Positions 10,401 through 21,434 of a stretch of 64,000 bases of DNA are shown here, in pieces. A program made the position numbers and the translations under genes. Below the pieces are notes generated by a model. It did no database searches. It saw nothing but the letters and a program-made list of their open reading frames with translations, and had not been told where the DNA came from. Source of the stretch: an uncultured Pseudomonadota bacterium. Lineage in GTDB: Bacteria; Oederibacteriota; Muellerivitia; Muellerivitales; Muellerivitaceae. Every line of letters starts with the position of its first letter. The stretch's first letter is position 1. The DNA lies in NCBI GenBank assembly GCA_963770835.1, contig CAVYRH010000002.1:128001-192000 (forward strand). Direction: 5' to 3'.

Positions 10401-11579
10401 CTATTGGACCGCCGCCTTGATGCGGCTTAATCCCTCAAGAATGACCTTCTCACCGGTGGCGTAGGACATCCGCATGAAGCCTTCCGCGCCGAAGGCGATG
10501 CCGGATGTCAGGGCGACCTTGGCCTTGTCCAGCAGGAAGTCGGAAAGCTCCATAGAGTTGGAACGACCCGGCTTGAAGATCCCCTTGACGTTGGGAAACA
10601 CATAAAAGGCCCCCGCCGGCTTCAGGCATTTGACGCCGGGGATGGCGTTCAAGCCGTCTACGATCATATCCCGCCGTTTTTGGAATACCGAAACTATCTT
10701 CTGGATTTCCGAATCAGGCAGGGCCAAAGCGGCGACCCCGGCTTTCTGGGAAATGGAAGAAGCATGGGAAGTCGTGCTGCTTTGGAAATCGGTGATGACT
10801 TTCATAATGTTCGAGGGTCCAGCCGCATACCCCAGCCGCCAACCCGTCATGGCATAGGTCTTGGACATGCCGTTGACGAGGACAGTCTGGGCCGCCACTT
10901 CCTTGGAGAGAGCCGGGAAGCAAACGTGTTCTTCCCCATAAATCAGTTTGCTGTAAATTTCGTCCGAAACCACCCAAAGCTTGTGTTTTAAGACCAGCTC
11001 GGCGATACCTTCCATGGCCTTTCGTCCCACTACCGCGCCGGTGGGATTGCTGGGGGAATTCAGGATTAGCCCCTTTGTCTTGGATGTGATCTTGGCCTTC
11101 AAGGCTGAGGGCGTCAGCTTGAACTCATCGGCTTCGGAGCATTCCACTGCGACCGGAATCCCTCCCGCGAACTTCACTTGTTCCGGATAACTGACCCAAT
11201 AGGGGGCCGGGACCAAAACCTCGTCTCCTGGGTTGATCAAGGCCAAAAAAGCGTTATAAAGGGAATGCTTGGCCCCGCTGGAAACCACGATGTCGGTCGG
11301 TTGATACTGGACCTTGTATTGCTTTTCAAGGTACTGACTAATGGCCTTGCGCAATTCGAGGGTCCCGGCTACAGCTGTGTATTTATGATGGCCTTCGTCA
11401 ATGGCCTTCTTGGCTGCCTCGCAGATGGGCGCGGGTGTGTTAAAATCGGGCTCCCCAGCACCGAAGTTGAGGACGTCCACTCCCTCGGTTTGAAGCTTCT
11501 TGGCCTTCGCATCGATAGCCAGTGTCATCGACGGGGCGATTTGTTTCATGCGTTCAGAGATGTCCATTTTCCACTCCAA
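10401..11579 (-). CDS. aspC: Class I PLP aminotransferase (aspartate aminotransferase type)
   Basis: GAGEPDF, NSPSNPTG, SDEIY, SKTYAMTGWRLG. Confidence 0.88.
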   Translation of the reverse strand: MEWKMDISERMKQIAPSMTLAIDAKAKKLQTEGVDVLNFGAGEPDFNTPAPICEAAKKAIDEGHHKYTAVAGTLELRKAISQYLEKQYKVQYQPTDIVVSSGAKHSLYNAFLALINPGDEVLVPAPYWVSYPEQVKFAGGIPVAVECSEADEFKLTPSALKAKITSKTKGLILNSPSNPTGAVVGRKAMEGIAELVLKHKLWVVSDEIYSKLIYGEEHVCFPALSKEVAAQTVLVNGMSKTYAMTGWRLGYAAGPSNIMKVITDFQSSTTSHASSISQKAGVAALALPDSEIQKIVSVFQKRRDMIVDGLNAIPGVKCLKPAGAFYVFPNVKGIFKPGRSNSMELSDFLLDKAKVALTSGIAFGAEGFMRMSYATGEKVILEGLSRIKAAVQ

Positions 11580-11622
11580 TTTTCAGCTTTTGGCCTTCAG
11601 TCAAGATTCCGGCAACCCCAAT

Positions 11623-11814
11623 CTAATCAATTGCCCGAAAAACGGATGATTTCAACAGAACAATAATAGCCGGTTTCCCATTAGGCGCAACGAACTCAAC
11701 CTCGTATCCAGCGCTTTTCGTATGAACCGTCACAATCGTACCAACAGCACCACGATTCAAATGATGCTGGGGTAATGCTTTTTTTAAGATAACCATATCC
11801 AATTCCCTAAACAT
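11623..11814 (-). CDS. DUF4926-like small protein
   Basis: ELDMVIL...GAVGTIV...YEVEF pattern; locally AT-rich. Confidence 0.7.
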   Translation of the reverse strand: MFRELDMVILKKALPQHHLNRGAVGTIVTVHTKSAGYEVEFVAPNGKPAIIVLLKSSVFRAID

Positions 11815-11843
11815 TCAACCTCCCAAATTTAAGAATCACTGTC

Positions 11844-13034
11844 TTAGGAAAACAACTTCTTTATATTCCTCAAGGCCTGGCGGATACGATCCTTGTTCTC
11901 GACAAGGGCTATGCGCACATAACCCTCGCCCATGCTTCCGAAGCCGGAACCGGGCGAAATCGACACCGCCGCTTCCTTCAACAACATCATCGAAAAATCC
12001 AGCGAGTTCATCTTGGCGTAGCGCTGGGGTGTCTTCGCCCAAAGGTACATGGCGGCCTTGGGTTTATCGACGGGCCAGCCCATCTTGTTCATTCCATCCG
12101 CCATGATGTCCCGGCGTTCCTGGTAAACCGCCGCCAGCTTCCGCAAATTTTCCTCGGGACTGTCCAGGGCGGTGATGGCCGCCACCTGGATGGGTGTGAA
12201 AATTCCATAATCCATATAGCTTTTGATCTTCGCCAAGGAGGCGATGACTTTCGGGTTCCCCGCGAGGAATCCTACCCTCCATCCCGCCATGTTATAAGAT
12301 TTGGAAAGGGTGAAGGATTCCACGCCAATGTCTTTGGCGCCGGGAGTCGCCAAAAAACTCGGGGATTTATAGCCGTCGAAAACGATGTCGGCATAGGCCA
12401 GGTCGTGCACCACCAACACGTTGTTTTTCTTGGCCCACTTGACGATTTCCTTGAAAAACTCCGCTTCGACGCAAACCGTCGTGGGGTTGTGAGGGAAATT
12501 GATGATCAGTATTTTGGGTTTGGGACGGGCTTTCGAATAGGCCTTGCCCAGGTTTCTCAGGAAAGCCTCGGGCCCATCCAGGATGGAAATGGGAACCAGG
12601 GTTCCACCGGCGATGATGACGCTGTAATGATGGATGGGATAGGTGGGCGTGGGGGTGAGAACCTTGTCTCCCCGGTTGATGACCGCCAGCCCCAAATGGG
12701 CCAAGCCCTCTTTGGAGCCGATGGCCGATACGGCCTCGGTGTAGGGGTTGATCGAGACGCCGTACTTGCGGTCGTACCAGCGCGAAACAGCCTTCAGGAA
12801 GGCCGGGATTCCCTTGGAGGTGGAATAGCGGTGGGATTTCTTGTCCCTTACCACTTCGATCAGCTTATCCACGATAGGCTGCGGCGTGGGGTTGTCGGGG
12901 TTACCCATGCTGAAGTCGATGACGTCTTCCCCTTTATGGCGCGCGGCCAGTTTTTCCGCGTTCAGGCGCGCGAATAGATAGGGTGGGAATTTTTTAATAA
13001 GATTCGCTTCTGTTTGTAACGGCACTTTGAACAC
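11844..13034 (-). CDS. alaC: Class I aminotransferase, AlaC/LL-DAP aminotransferase-like
   Basis: PPYLFA..GEDVIDFSMGNPD, HDLAYAD, SKSYNMAGWR, IKSYMDYG. Confidence 0.7.
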   Translation of the reverse strand: MFKVPLQTEANLIKKFPPYLFARLNAEKLAARHKGEDVIDFSMGNPDNPTPQPIVDKLIEVVRDKKSHRYSTSKGIPAFLKAVSRWYDRKYGVSINPYTEAVSAIGSKEGLAHLGLAVINRGDKVLTPTPTYPIHHYSVIIAGGTLVPISILDGPEAFLRNLGKAYSKARPKPKILIINFPHNPTTVCVEAEFFKEIVKWAKKNNVLVVHDLAYADIVFDGYKSPSFLATPGAKDIGVESFTLSKSYNMAGWRVGFLAGNPKVIASLAKIKSYMDYGIFTPIQVAAITALDSPEENLRKLAAVYQERRDIMADGMNKMGWPVDKPKAAMYLWAKTPQRYAKMNSLDFSMMLLKEAAVSISPGSGFGSMGEGYVRIALVENKDRIRQALRNIKKLFS

Positions 13035-13111
13035 CTTAATTTTAAATTTTTAATTTTGAATTCTAAATTAAAAATCTCAACAATTTAAAATTCAAAATTC
13101 ATAACTAAGAA

Positions 13112-14029
13112 TTAGATCCTCACCTTCGGGATGCTCGCGAAACGGTGGTATTCGGCCGCCCGTTTTTTGAGTTTAGCTTTGTTCAGGGCCGCGATGGTCT
13201 TGGTACCGAACCCCTGGACCGTAAAAGAAGCCACCAGGTTACCCGCAATGACAGCCTGTTTCAGTATCTCCGGCGTCAGCTTGCCGTATCTAGCCACGTA
13301 GCCGATAAAGGCCCCCGCGAAAGTATCCCCTGCTCCTGTGGGGTCCACCACGTAATCCAGCGGCACCGCGGGCGAAAGGAAGGTCCAACCCTGGCCAAAG
13401 AGCATGGCACCATGCTCCCCCTTCTTTACAATAACGGTTTTGGGCCCCATTTTCTGCAGGGCGCGGGCGCCCTTCATCAAGTGCATTTCACCCGTCAAAA
13501 GGCGAATTTCCTGGTCGTTCACCACCACCAAATCGGTCTTTTTCAATACCTTTAAAAGGGCCGGCTTGGTGATGTTGATCCAAAGGTCCCGGGTATCCAA
13601 AACCACGAATTTGGGTTTCACCATCTGATTCAAGACGTTCATCTGCAAATCGGGGTGGATGGCCGCCAAAAAAACGAAGGGAATATTGCGGGAACGGCCC
13701 GTTATGCGGGGGTCAAACCGCTCAAAAACGCCAAGGTCGATCTTGACCGTATGGGCCACCGCCATATCGTTTTCGTAATAGCCCTTCCAATAGAAGGTTT
13801 TTCCCTTTTCCTGGGTGACCAGGTCCGTATTGATGCAATGGCGTTTGATCATCGCCATGTCCACATCCTTGAAGTCGTTCCCCACCACGCCCACCATTTT
13901 GACGGACGCGAAAAGCGAGGCGGCCAGGCTGGAATAAGTGGCGGCGCCCCCCAAAATCCGTTCAACGGAACCATAGGGAGTTTTCAGGCCGTCATAGGCC
14001 ACGGAACCAACGATTAAAACTTCGGACAT
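13112..14029 (-). CDS. PfkB-family carbohydrate/nucleoside kinase
   Basis: GGAATY, VKKGEHGA, DPTGAGDTFAG. Confidence 0.9.
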   Translation of the reverse strand: MSEVLIVGSVAYDGLKTPYGSVERILGGAATYSSLAASLFASVKMVGVVGNDFKDVDMAMIKRHCINTDLVTQEKGKTFYWKGYYENDMAVAHTVKIDLGVFERFDPRITGRSRNIPFVFLAAIHPDLQMNVLNQMVKPKFVVLDTRDLWINITKPALLKVLKKTDLVVVNDQEIRLLTGEMHLMKGARALQKMGPKTVIVKKGEHGAMLFGQGWTFLSPAVPLDYVVDPTGAGDTFAGAFIGYVARYGKLTPEILKQAVIAGNLVASFTVQGFGTKTIAALNKAKLKKRAAEYHRFASIPKVRI

Positions 14030-14114
14030 TTTTTACCTCTTGAAATTTAATTGCGGCCATTGCGAGGAATGCTCCCTGAATAGGGGCGATTATGACGAAA
14101 CAGCCTAAATCTAA

Positions 14115-14552
14115 TTAAGAATTTCCATCAAACAAAACGTACTTCCGGTTCGCGCAAAAGACGATAAACACCAAAACCGCCAGGAGAGTGTCCCCTGTGA
14201 GCCTCAGGATCAAGGGATTGTCCTCGTGCTTGTTGCACTTCACCCTCAATCCATGGGCCGTTTCGCCCACGAAGTAATAGTGTTTTTCCGGGTCGTAGGA
14301 AAGAGGCTTTAAAAAGCCAGCTTGAACCAACGCATTCTCGTCGATATCTTCCGTAACGGGCTTGGAAGGGTTGGCCGCATCCCATTCGTCCACGGCCTTC
14401 TGGAGGGTGATCACGCGGGCATAGCAATCCAACTCATCACGGGGGATCAAAACCTGGCGCAAGATGTAGACCGCCGCGAAGGTGGCCACCCAGCAAACCG
14501 CGTAAATCGGCAAGGCGCTTTTCCAGGTCAGTTTTTTGGGTTTGGAATCCAT
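14115..14552 (-). CDS. Hypothetical membrane protein
   Basis: Two hydrophobic segments flanking a soluble loop. Confidence 0.6.
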   Translation of the reverse strand: MDSKPKKLTWKSALPIYAVCWVATFAAVYILRQVLIPRDELDCYARVITLQKAVDEWDAANPSKPVTEDIDENALVQAGFLKPLSYDPEKHYYFVGETAHGLRVKCNKHEDNPLILRLTGDTLLAVLVFIVFCANRKYVLFDGNS

Positions 14553-14611
14553 TTTTTCCTCGAAAATTTGAAAAAGTATAGCAAGGAAAATGTGGTTTAG
14601 CTGAAAAACCT

Positions 14612-15739
14612 TTACCCCCTTCCCGTCACCAAGACCGGCCGGCGGTTGGCGTAGGAAATGTTCAACAGGATGCCCACAGCCGCGTAGCTAAAGACGAGGG
14701 AGGAACCGCCGTAGCTGATGAAAGGAAGGGTGAGGCCGGTGACGGGCAGGAGACCCACCGTCATGCCGACGTTGATGATGATCTGCACCGCGAACATGGA
14801 GGCAATCCCCAAGGCCAACAACGATCCCTCCCTGTCCCTCGCCTTCCGGGAAATTTCAAAGGACCTTTGGATCATAAAGTAATAAAGCACCAGGATGATG
14901 ACGCAACCCACGAAACCCCATTCCTCTCCCACAACCGAGAAAATAAAATCCGTATGGTGTTCCGGGATGAAAGAGAGCTGGGTCTGGGTTCCCTGCATGT
15001 AACCCTTGCCCGAAATGCCGCCCGACCCGATGGCAATCACGGACTGAATGATGTTGTACCCCGCGCCTAAAGGGTCGTCCTGGGGATTCACGAAAACTTC
15101 CAGTCTTTCCCGTTGGTAATCCTTCAGAAAATGCCAAACCAAAGGGCAGGAAGCCAGCCCTATGACCAACAGCCAGGTCAGCCATTTGAAAGGGATTCCA
15201 CCCACGTACATGAGGATGATGGAAACCGGCACCAAAAGAAGCGCCGAACCCAAGTCGGGTTGTTTCAGGATCAGGATCAAGGGAATTCCCAACAAGGCCA
15301 TCAGTTGCAAAAACCTTCCCAGGAAAAAGAGCTCAATAGTTTTACTTCCGATGTAACGGGCAAGGATCAAAAGAACCGACAATTTTGCCAATTCGGATGG
15401 TTGATAGGAAAGAATCCCCAGTTTGATCCATCGCCTGGCGCCGTTGGTTTCGTCCCCGATCACTAAAACCGCCAGGAGGGAAAGAATGGAAACCCAATAA
15501 AAAATATAGGAAGCCTCGATCCAAAACCGGTAATCAATCTTGGAAAAGAGCCACATTCCGAAGAGGGAGATAAAAAACCAGAACAACTGTTTCTTCCAAA
15601 GCTGGGAAATATCGGCGTTATGCGAAGTGGCGGAAAAAACCACGAAAATGCCGATGGCTGACAGGGCCAGGACCTCTGTCACCAGGGCCCAGTCCATGCC
15701 TTTCAAGTAGGTTTTAATTGCTCCGGGCATAGCAGACAC
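14612..15739 (-). CDS. rodA: Rod shape-determining protein RodA
   Basis: GARRWI, QPSELAK, QPDLGS, PEHHTDFIFS, LPFISYGGSS. Confidence 0.95.
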   Translation of the reverse strand: MSAMPGAIKTYLKGMDWALVTEVLALSAIGIFVVFSATSHNADISQLWKKQLFWFFISLFGMWLFSKIDYRFWIEASYIFYWVSILSLLAVLVIGDETNGARRWIKLGILSYQPSELAKLSVLLILARYIGSKTIELFFLGRFLQLMALLGIPLILILKQPDLGSALLLVPVSIILMYVGGIPFKWLTWLLVIGLASCPLVWHFLKDYQRERLEVFVNPQDDPLGAGYNIIQSVIAIGSGGISGKGYMQGTQTQLSFIPEHHTDFIFSVVGEEWGFVGCVIILVLYYFMIQRSFEISRKARDREGSLLALGIASMFAVQIIINVGMTVGLLPVTGLTLPFISYGGSSLVFSYAAVGILLNISYANRRPVLVTGRG

Positions 15740-15794
15740 CTCTCAAGACTTTCAAAAATTCGCCTTTACAATAATAGCGCAAACAAGTTTTTCA

Positions 15795-17660
15795 TTAGGG
15801 AGCGACCCCCGTAACAACCGTGGGTGCGGGAACCGGAGTTCCGGAAAACGTTCCAGGCGTGGGGGTTTCCCAGGGTGTGACTTCCTGGCCCAATTCCAGC
15901 TCCATCAGCCTCTTGGCGATGGGCGCCGCCACGATACCGCCTTCCCCGCCGTTTTCCACCATCACCAAGGCCGCCACCTTGGGTTCTTCTGCGGGGGCAT
16001 AACACATGAACCACCCGTGATCGTCTCCAAAGGGATTCTCGGCGCTCCCGGTCTTACCGGCAACCCGGACCCCCGGTATCCGGGCCTTTTTTCCCGTTCC
16101 GTGGGGTGAACTGACCACCTTTTCCAGGGTGGACTTGAGAAAAGCCAGGTCCTTGGGGACAAATTCCGCCTCCCGCAGTACCTCGGGCGGGTTCTCGTAA
16201 ACGGTCCTCTCCGTGTTTCGGTCCACGACCCGGTACATGAGATGGGGTCGGAAAATCTTTCCGTCCATAGCGATACAACTGATGACATCCAGCATCTGGA
16301 TGGGGGTCGTCAAAAGATAGCCCTGCCCAAAGCTCATCTGCATTGTATTGCCGGGGAACCAAGGCATATGTTGGGTGCTCTCCTTCCAACGGGGATTAGG
16401 GACAAGTCCCGATAATTCCGAATCCAAATCAATTTGCGTGCGACTCCCCAGGCCGAACCGCCGGGCCACACGGTATATCTTATCCACCTTGACCAGAAGC
16501 CCGACCTGGCAGAAAAAGATGTCGCAGGATTCAATGATAGCCCTCTCGAGGTTGACCCAGCCGTGTCCCGCGTGGTTGTGGCAGCGGTAGGGTGTGGTCT
16601 TGTACCAGAAAATCCCGGTGCAAAGGAAAACCTTGCTCAAGTCGATCACGTTGTCCTCCAGGGCCGCCAGGGCCGTAATCGGCTTGAAGATGGAACCCGG
16701 CGGATACTGGCCCTGGATGGCCCGGTCCTGCAGCGGATGGAGCTTATCCTTCATTAAGGCGTTCCAGTCCTTGTAGGAAATGCCGCTCACGAAGTCGTTG
16801 GGGTCGAAGTTGGGGCGGCTGACCAGGGCCAGGATTTCCCCATTTTGGGGGTTGGTGACGATAATGGACCCGACTTGGTCTCCCATGAGGTCCTCCGCCA
16901 GTTTTTGGAGCTTCCAGTCGATGGAAAGTTTGACGGTCTGGCCCTGGAGAGGTTTCCGGTAGGCCAAAGTTCGGCGCTGGACGCCCGATGCGTCCACCTC
17001 CACTTCCACTCCCCCGTTTTCCCCCCGGAGAATTTGGTCATAAGTCTTCTCCACGCCCATTTTCCCAATTAAGTCGCCCTCCGAATAACCATTGTCCTTA
17101 AGTCGGGTGAGTTCGTCCTCGTTGATTTCTCCGATATAACCGAGAACATGGGAAGCCAAATCACCCTTGGGGTAATACCGTTCAGGCTCCATTTGAATAT
17201 AGACCCCGGGCAGGTGGACACGGTTTTCCTCGATCTGGGCGACCAGATCCGGGTCCAAGTGGGATTGAAGGCGAATGGGTTCAAACTTCCGGCGCTGGCG
17301 CCGACTTTCAACAAGGCTCTCCAACGACGATAAAGGCTCCCCCAGGATTTGGCTTAACCGCACCAGGGAAGAGCCATAGGCCTTCATATCTGCCGGGACT
17401 AGAAATAATGAATAAGTGGGCACATTCGTTGCCAAAACTTCGTTGTTGCGGTCAGTGATAATGCCACGGGGAGCCCTTTGAGGGATCAAGCGGAGACTGT
17501 TGGTGTCCGAAAGGCTTCGATAAAAAGGGTAATTCAGGATTTGAAGGTAAAAAAGTTTCAAGAAAATACCGGCAAAGGCGAGCGTCACCAGGCCTAAGAG
17601 AAATCCCATCTTTTTTTCGGGGGAACCGCCGAACCTGCCCCGTGGAAACTTTAAAGCCAC
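15795..17660 (-). CDS. mrdA: Penicillin-binding protein 2
   Basis: APRGIITDRN, SIFK (SxxK), SCD, KTGSAE. Confidence 0.95.
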   Translation of the reverse strand: MALKFPRGRFGGSPEKKMGFLLGLVTLAFAGIFLKLFYLQILNYPFYRSLSDTNSLRLIPQRAPRGIITDRNNEVLATNVPTYSLFLVPADMKAYGSSLVRLSQILGEPLSSLESLVESRRQRRKFEPIRLQSHLDPDLVAQIEENRVHLPGVYIQMEPERYYPKGDLASHVLGYIGEINEDELTRLKDNGYSEGDLIGKMGVEKTYDQILRGENGGVEVEVDASGVQRRTLAYRKPLQGQTVKLSIDWKLQKLAEDLMGDQVGSIIVTNPQNGEILALVSRPNFDPNDFVSGISYKDWNALMKDKLHPLQDRAIQGQYPPGSIFKPITALAALEDNVIDLSKVFLCTGIFWYKTTPYRCHNHAGHGWVNLERAIIESCDIFFCQVGLLVKVDKIYRVARRFGLGSRTQIDLDSELSGLVPNPRWKESTQHMPWFPGNTMQMSFGQGYLLTTPIQMLDVISCIAMDGKIFRPHLMYRVVDRNTERTVYENPPEVLREAEFVPKDLAFLKSTLEKVVSSPHGTGKKARIPGVRVAGKTGSAENPFGDDHGWFMCYAPAEEPKVAALVMVENGGEGGIVAAPIAKRLMELELGQEVTPWETPTPGTFSGTPVPAPTVVTGVAP

Positions 17661-17763
17661 TGACCACTCCTAAAAAACAGTCGTGAATTTTCAATTATGA
17701 ATGTTGAATTATAAATGTCGAAATTTTCACTTCGTGAAAATAACCTGAATTCAAAATTGCCTT

Positions 17764-18246
17764 TCAAGCCGTTGCCGGGTCAAACCGCCGTTTCCGGAAT
17801 CGCACCACGAAGAAACAAACGACAGACCCCATGACGGTTGTCGTCAAAAGGGTTTTTAAGACAATCCCAAAAGCATCCACGAAAGACGGGGAGGTTCCAT
17901 CCCATTTCAGCAAAATCCAGATAAAAACTTGATGAAACATCGTGGCGAAAAAAATCAGGAACGTTTGCGTTAGAACCCTCTCACGGTAAATATGTTTCTT
18001 TAATAATGAGGCCAGAATTCCCGTAAGGGTTTTGGCGATAGTGTTGGGGCCAATCCAACTAGACGACAAAAGGTCCTGAAGAAGGCCCAATATAAACCCC
18101 CATCCGGCGGCTTTCGGAGTGTCGGTTCTCAAACCCACGAGGACGACAAAAAGGAGGGGCAAATCAATTCCCCAGGAGGCTACGCCCGGAAGCTGCTGGA
18201 TAAAAAAAAGGGCTAAAATCCAAATAATTTCTCTCGGAATTCTCAT
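17764..18246 (-). CDS. mreD: Rod shape-determining protein MreD
   Basis: Polytopic, GFILGLLQD; lies between mreC and mrdA. Confidence 0.88.
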   Translation of the reverse strand: MRIPREIIWILALFFIQQLPGVASWGIDLPLLFVVLVGLRTDTPKAAGWGFILGLLQDLLSSSWIGPNTIAKTLTGILASLLKKHIYRERVLTQTFLIFFATMFHQVFIWILLKWDGTSPSFVDAFGIVLKTLLTTTVMGSVVCFFVVRFRKRRFDPATA

Positions 18247-18352
18247 TGCTTTGGGTTCTCTGCTTCTTTAAAACCGCGGGGGACCATGGGAAAAAGGTCG
18301 CGCTTCACCGGATCAAGGCTGCTCGCGGGACCAATGGCTTCTCCCGATGTCC

Positions 18353-19183
18353 TCATTGGTAAATATCCACAGGCGGAAGAATGAAAACATAGTCCAATGC
18401 TGCGAAGTCCACGACCGGAGCCACCTCAATTTCAATGGTCAGCCCGTTTTCCGACTCTGTTTTCTTGACTACCGTTCCAAGGGGATACCCCTTTGGAAAT
18501 ATTCCCCCGAGACCCGAGGAAACCAAGACGTCGTTCTTTTGCACGTCCTCGCTCGAGTTGACATAGGCATATCTAAGCTGGTTACGACCCGTTCCCTGGA
18601 CGATGCCAGTCACTTGGGATCTCTCGTCAATGCCCGCCACGCTGGATCCGCTGTCCGTCGCCAAGAGCACCTTTGAATTTTTGGGGGTAACCTCCAAAAC
18701 ACGGCCCACCAAACCTTGCTCAGAGATAACCGGTGAATCCTCCTGGATGCCATCGTTCGACCCCAAATCCACGACGAAGCTGCTGTTCCAAGTGCTGGGA
18801 TCGTGCGCGACGATACGGGCGATCTTGGCGGTGTGGGGCAACCGGGCCTTCAATTGTAAAACCTCCTGCAGATGGGACAACTCGGACTCGACCGATTTAT
18901 GGTTGGCCAGCTCCAGGCGCAAAGATTGGTTTTCCAACTGGAGCCGTTCCACCTCCTGCCGCAAGGTTCTTAATTCGCGGATAGCATTCAGGGTATTCTC
19001 CGGGAATGTGATAAGCCAAGTAACGGATTTTTGGAACGGAAGCCAAACAGAAAGAGACATATCTTTTAATACGGTACCCGACTCGCTGCGGTGACCGTTC
19101 CTCTGTACCAGAAGCCATACGCAAAGCAAGAGGACGAAAGCGAGGAAAAATTTGGAGAGATTTTTGAGGAAAAATTTCAGCAT
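18353..19183 (-). CDS. mreC: Rod shape-determining protein MreC
   Basis: TM plus coiled coil, GLVGRV, SGLGGIFPKGYPLG. Confidence 0.94.
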   Translation of the reverse strand: MLKFFLKNLSKFFLAFVLLLCVWLLVQRNGHRSESGTVLKDMSLSVWLPFQKSVTWLITFPENTLNAIRELRTLRQEVERLQLENQSLRLELANHKSVESELSHLQEVLQLKARLPHTAKIARIVAHDPSTWNSSFVVDLGSNDGIQEDSPVISEQGLVGRVLEVTPKNSKVLLATDSGSSVAGIDERSQVTGIVQGTGRNQLRYAYVNSSEDVQKNDVLVSSGLGGIFPKGYPLGTVVKKTESENGLTIEIEVAPVVDFAALDYVFILPPVDIYQ

Positions 19184-19261
19184 GAAACCCCAAGACCATC
19201 TGTCAGCTTTCAGTCCTCAGTCGTTAGCTGAGACCTGACAACCGAGGACTGACGACAGTAT

Positions 19262-20302
19262 TTAAATGTATTCTTTCTCGAGGACGGAAATGCGTTTGAG
19301 AAAATCCATGGAACGGTCCAATAAATGCCCCGCGCCCATGGCGACCGCCGTGGTGGGATCGTCCGCCAAGTTCACCGGCACGCCTGTTTCATCCCTCAGG
19401 CGTTCATCTAAATTCTTCAAAAGGGAGGAACCGCCGGCGAGAATAATGCCCCGGTCCACGATATCCGCCGCCAGCTCGGGAGGCGTGCGCTCCAGTGTCA
19501 TCTTGATGCACTCGATGATGGGAATCAAAGGTTCTTCCAGGGCGCCGCGCACTTCCTCGCTTGTCAACTCAATGGTCTTCGGCAGTCCGGTCACCAGGTC
19601 GCGACCCTTGATTTGCATGCGCAATTCCTGCTCCAGGGGGAAAGCCGATCCAATCTGAATTTTGATGTCCTCGGCGGTTCTTTCCCCAACCAGGATGTTA
19701 TAGGTACGTTTGATGTAGTTGATAATGGCCTCGTCCAGTTCATCCCCGGCCACGCGAATGGACTTCCCGTAAACGATATCGCCTAAGGAAATGACCGCCA
19801 CCTCGGTTGTTCCCCCGCCGATATCCACGATCATATTGCCCTGGGGTTCGGCGATGGGCATACCCGCCCCAATGGCCGCCGCCATGGGCTCCTCCACAAG
19901 GTAGACTTCCCGGGCGCCCGCTTGTTCCGCTGAATCGCGCACGGCGCGTTTTTCAACCTCGGTGCAACCGGACGGTATGGCCACGACGATGCGGGGGCGG
20001 ATCAAGGACCGGCGGTTGTGCACCTTGGAAATGAAGTACCGAAGCATTCGCTCCGTCACCTCGAAGTCGGCAATGACGCCGTCCTTCATTGGTCGGATGG
20101 AGACAATGGAGCCGGGGGTTCTGCCCAGCATCAACTTGGCGTCATTTCCAACCGCCAAGATTTGGTTGGTGCTCTTATGCACGACGACAAGGGACGGTTC
20201 TTGAAGGACAATACCGCGTCCCTTGACATAAACCAGCGTGGTGGCTGTCCCCAAGTCAATGGCCACGTCACTGGAGAATAATCCTAAAAGAAAGTTTAAC
20301 AA
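19262..20302 (-). CDS. mreB: Actin-like MreB
   Basis: [28 protein letters not shown]. Confidence 0.97.
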   Translation of the reverse strand: MLNFLLGLFSSDVAIDLGTATTLVYVKGRGIVLQEPSLVVVHKSTNQILAVGNDAKLMLGRTPGSIVSIRPMKDGVIADFEVTERMLRYFISKVHNRRSLIRPRIVVAIPSGCTEVEKRAVRDSAEQAGAREVYLVEEPMAAAIGAGMPIAEPQGNMIVDIGGGTTEVAVISLGDIVYGKSIRVAGDELDEAIINYIKRTYNILVGERTAEDIKIQIGSAFPLEQELRMQIKGRDLVTGLPKTIELTSEEVRGALEEPLIPIIECIKMTLERTPPELAADIVDRGIILAGGSSLLKNLDERLRDETGVPVNLADDPTTAVAMGAGHLLDRSMDFLKRISVLEKEYI

Positions 20303-20601
20303 TCTCAGCTCCTTGGTGTCCCTACACTCAACTCAATCCAGGTTCGAAATAAAATTAAAAGACACACAACATACGTTGTTGCGTCCCCGTTTTCCTAATG
20401 TTTGCAGGGCAAAAAAGAACCCCAGTTGAAAAACCGGGGAATTTTGAAAAAAAAAGGAAAGCCTTGAAATCAGAGGTTGTAATATAACATAGTGGCTAAG
20501 GTAGTCCAATCCTTTTCACCAATCCCCTTCTTGCCACCGTTGAAAAGACAGTGGAATTGGAAATTAAAGTGTTGAGGGTCCTCAGGCTCGCGTTTAAACC
20601 A

Positions 20602-21075
20602 CTACTTCTTTTCAATATTGGTAGGCAGGGGAGCGGAATCGGCCTTCTTGGATTTTTCCTTTAAGATACGCTCAAACAACTTGAGGTATTCTTTTTTGAG
20701 GTCGGCAGTGCTGAAGTTCCGGTATTGTCCTTCATTGTATTTCTCCCCCAAATATTCCTTGCTCTGGCGGATAAAAGTAAGGACCGCACCGATATTTTCA
20801 TCCATCTCGCCAGTACCAGCCGAGGGAGTCTCAATGACAACCCGTTGAAGAATGCCTTCGCGATATCGGCCGATCTGGTCTTCGGTGGGATTGACGATAC
20901 CGGTAACCTTGCCCGAGAAGTTCTCGATGAAGAAAAGTACTTCCACTTCCTTTCCATATAACTCGGAAATAGCCAATACAGAAGGAGACTTGGGCTTAGC
21001 TTGTAAGTCAGCCCCGCATTGACTGCAAAACTTGCTTTGGGGGTCGTTTTTAGTACCGCACTGGCTGCATTTCAT
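20602..21075 (-). CDS. Zinc-ribbon domain protein
   Basis: N-terminal CSQCG..FCSQCG. Confidence 0.75.
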   Translation of the reverse strand: MKCSQCGTKNDPQSKFCSQCGADLQAKPKSPSVLAISELYGKEVEVLFFIENFSGKVTGIVNPTEDQIGRYREGILQRVVIETPSAGTGEMDENIGAVLTFIRQSKEYLGEKYNEGQYRNFSTADLKKEYLKLFERILKEKSKKADSAPLPTNIEKK

Positions 21076-21434
21076 GAAAGGTGCTCTCCATTTAATAAAC
21101 GGGGCTAACTATACCACGACCTTTTCCCGTTGCAAGGCCTTTTACCCTGGTTTTCACGTTTTTCTTTCCTAGCCCTAACGGTTTTTTGCGTCGTTACTTG
21201 AACTTTTTCATGCAACTTTAAATTTTCACGATTCCTCCCCGTTGTTAAGGTTCCGTAAAAACCAAGAAGGTGCTTTTGGGAGTCTTCGTTAAAAATCGTT
21301 TGCAGAAATTAAGTTTCTCTAAAGCGAGAGATAGAACTTCAAAATATTTTTTGTTCATTTTCAAGCTCAACCTAAACTGACAAAAATTCAAATTTGTTAT
21401 TGAACCCCTTTACAATCCGATATAGCTTTAAACC

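Noticed and set aside
116..20430. Numerous plus-strand ORFs of 60-320 aa overlapping housekeeping genes
   Set aside because: Antisense shadows of clearly recognisable minus-strand genes in GC-rich DNA; no motifs of their own
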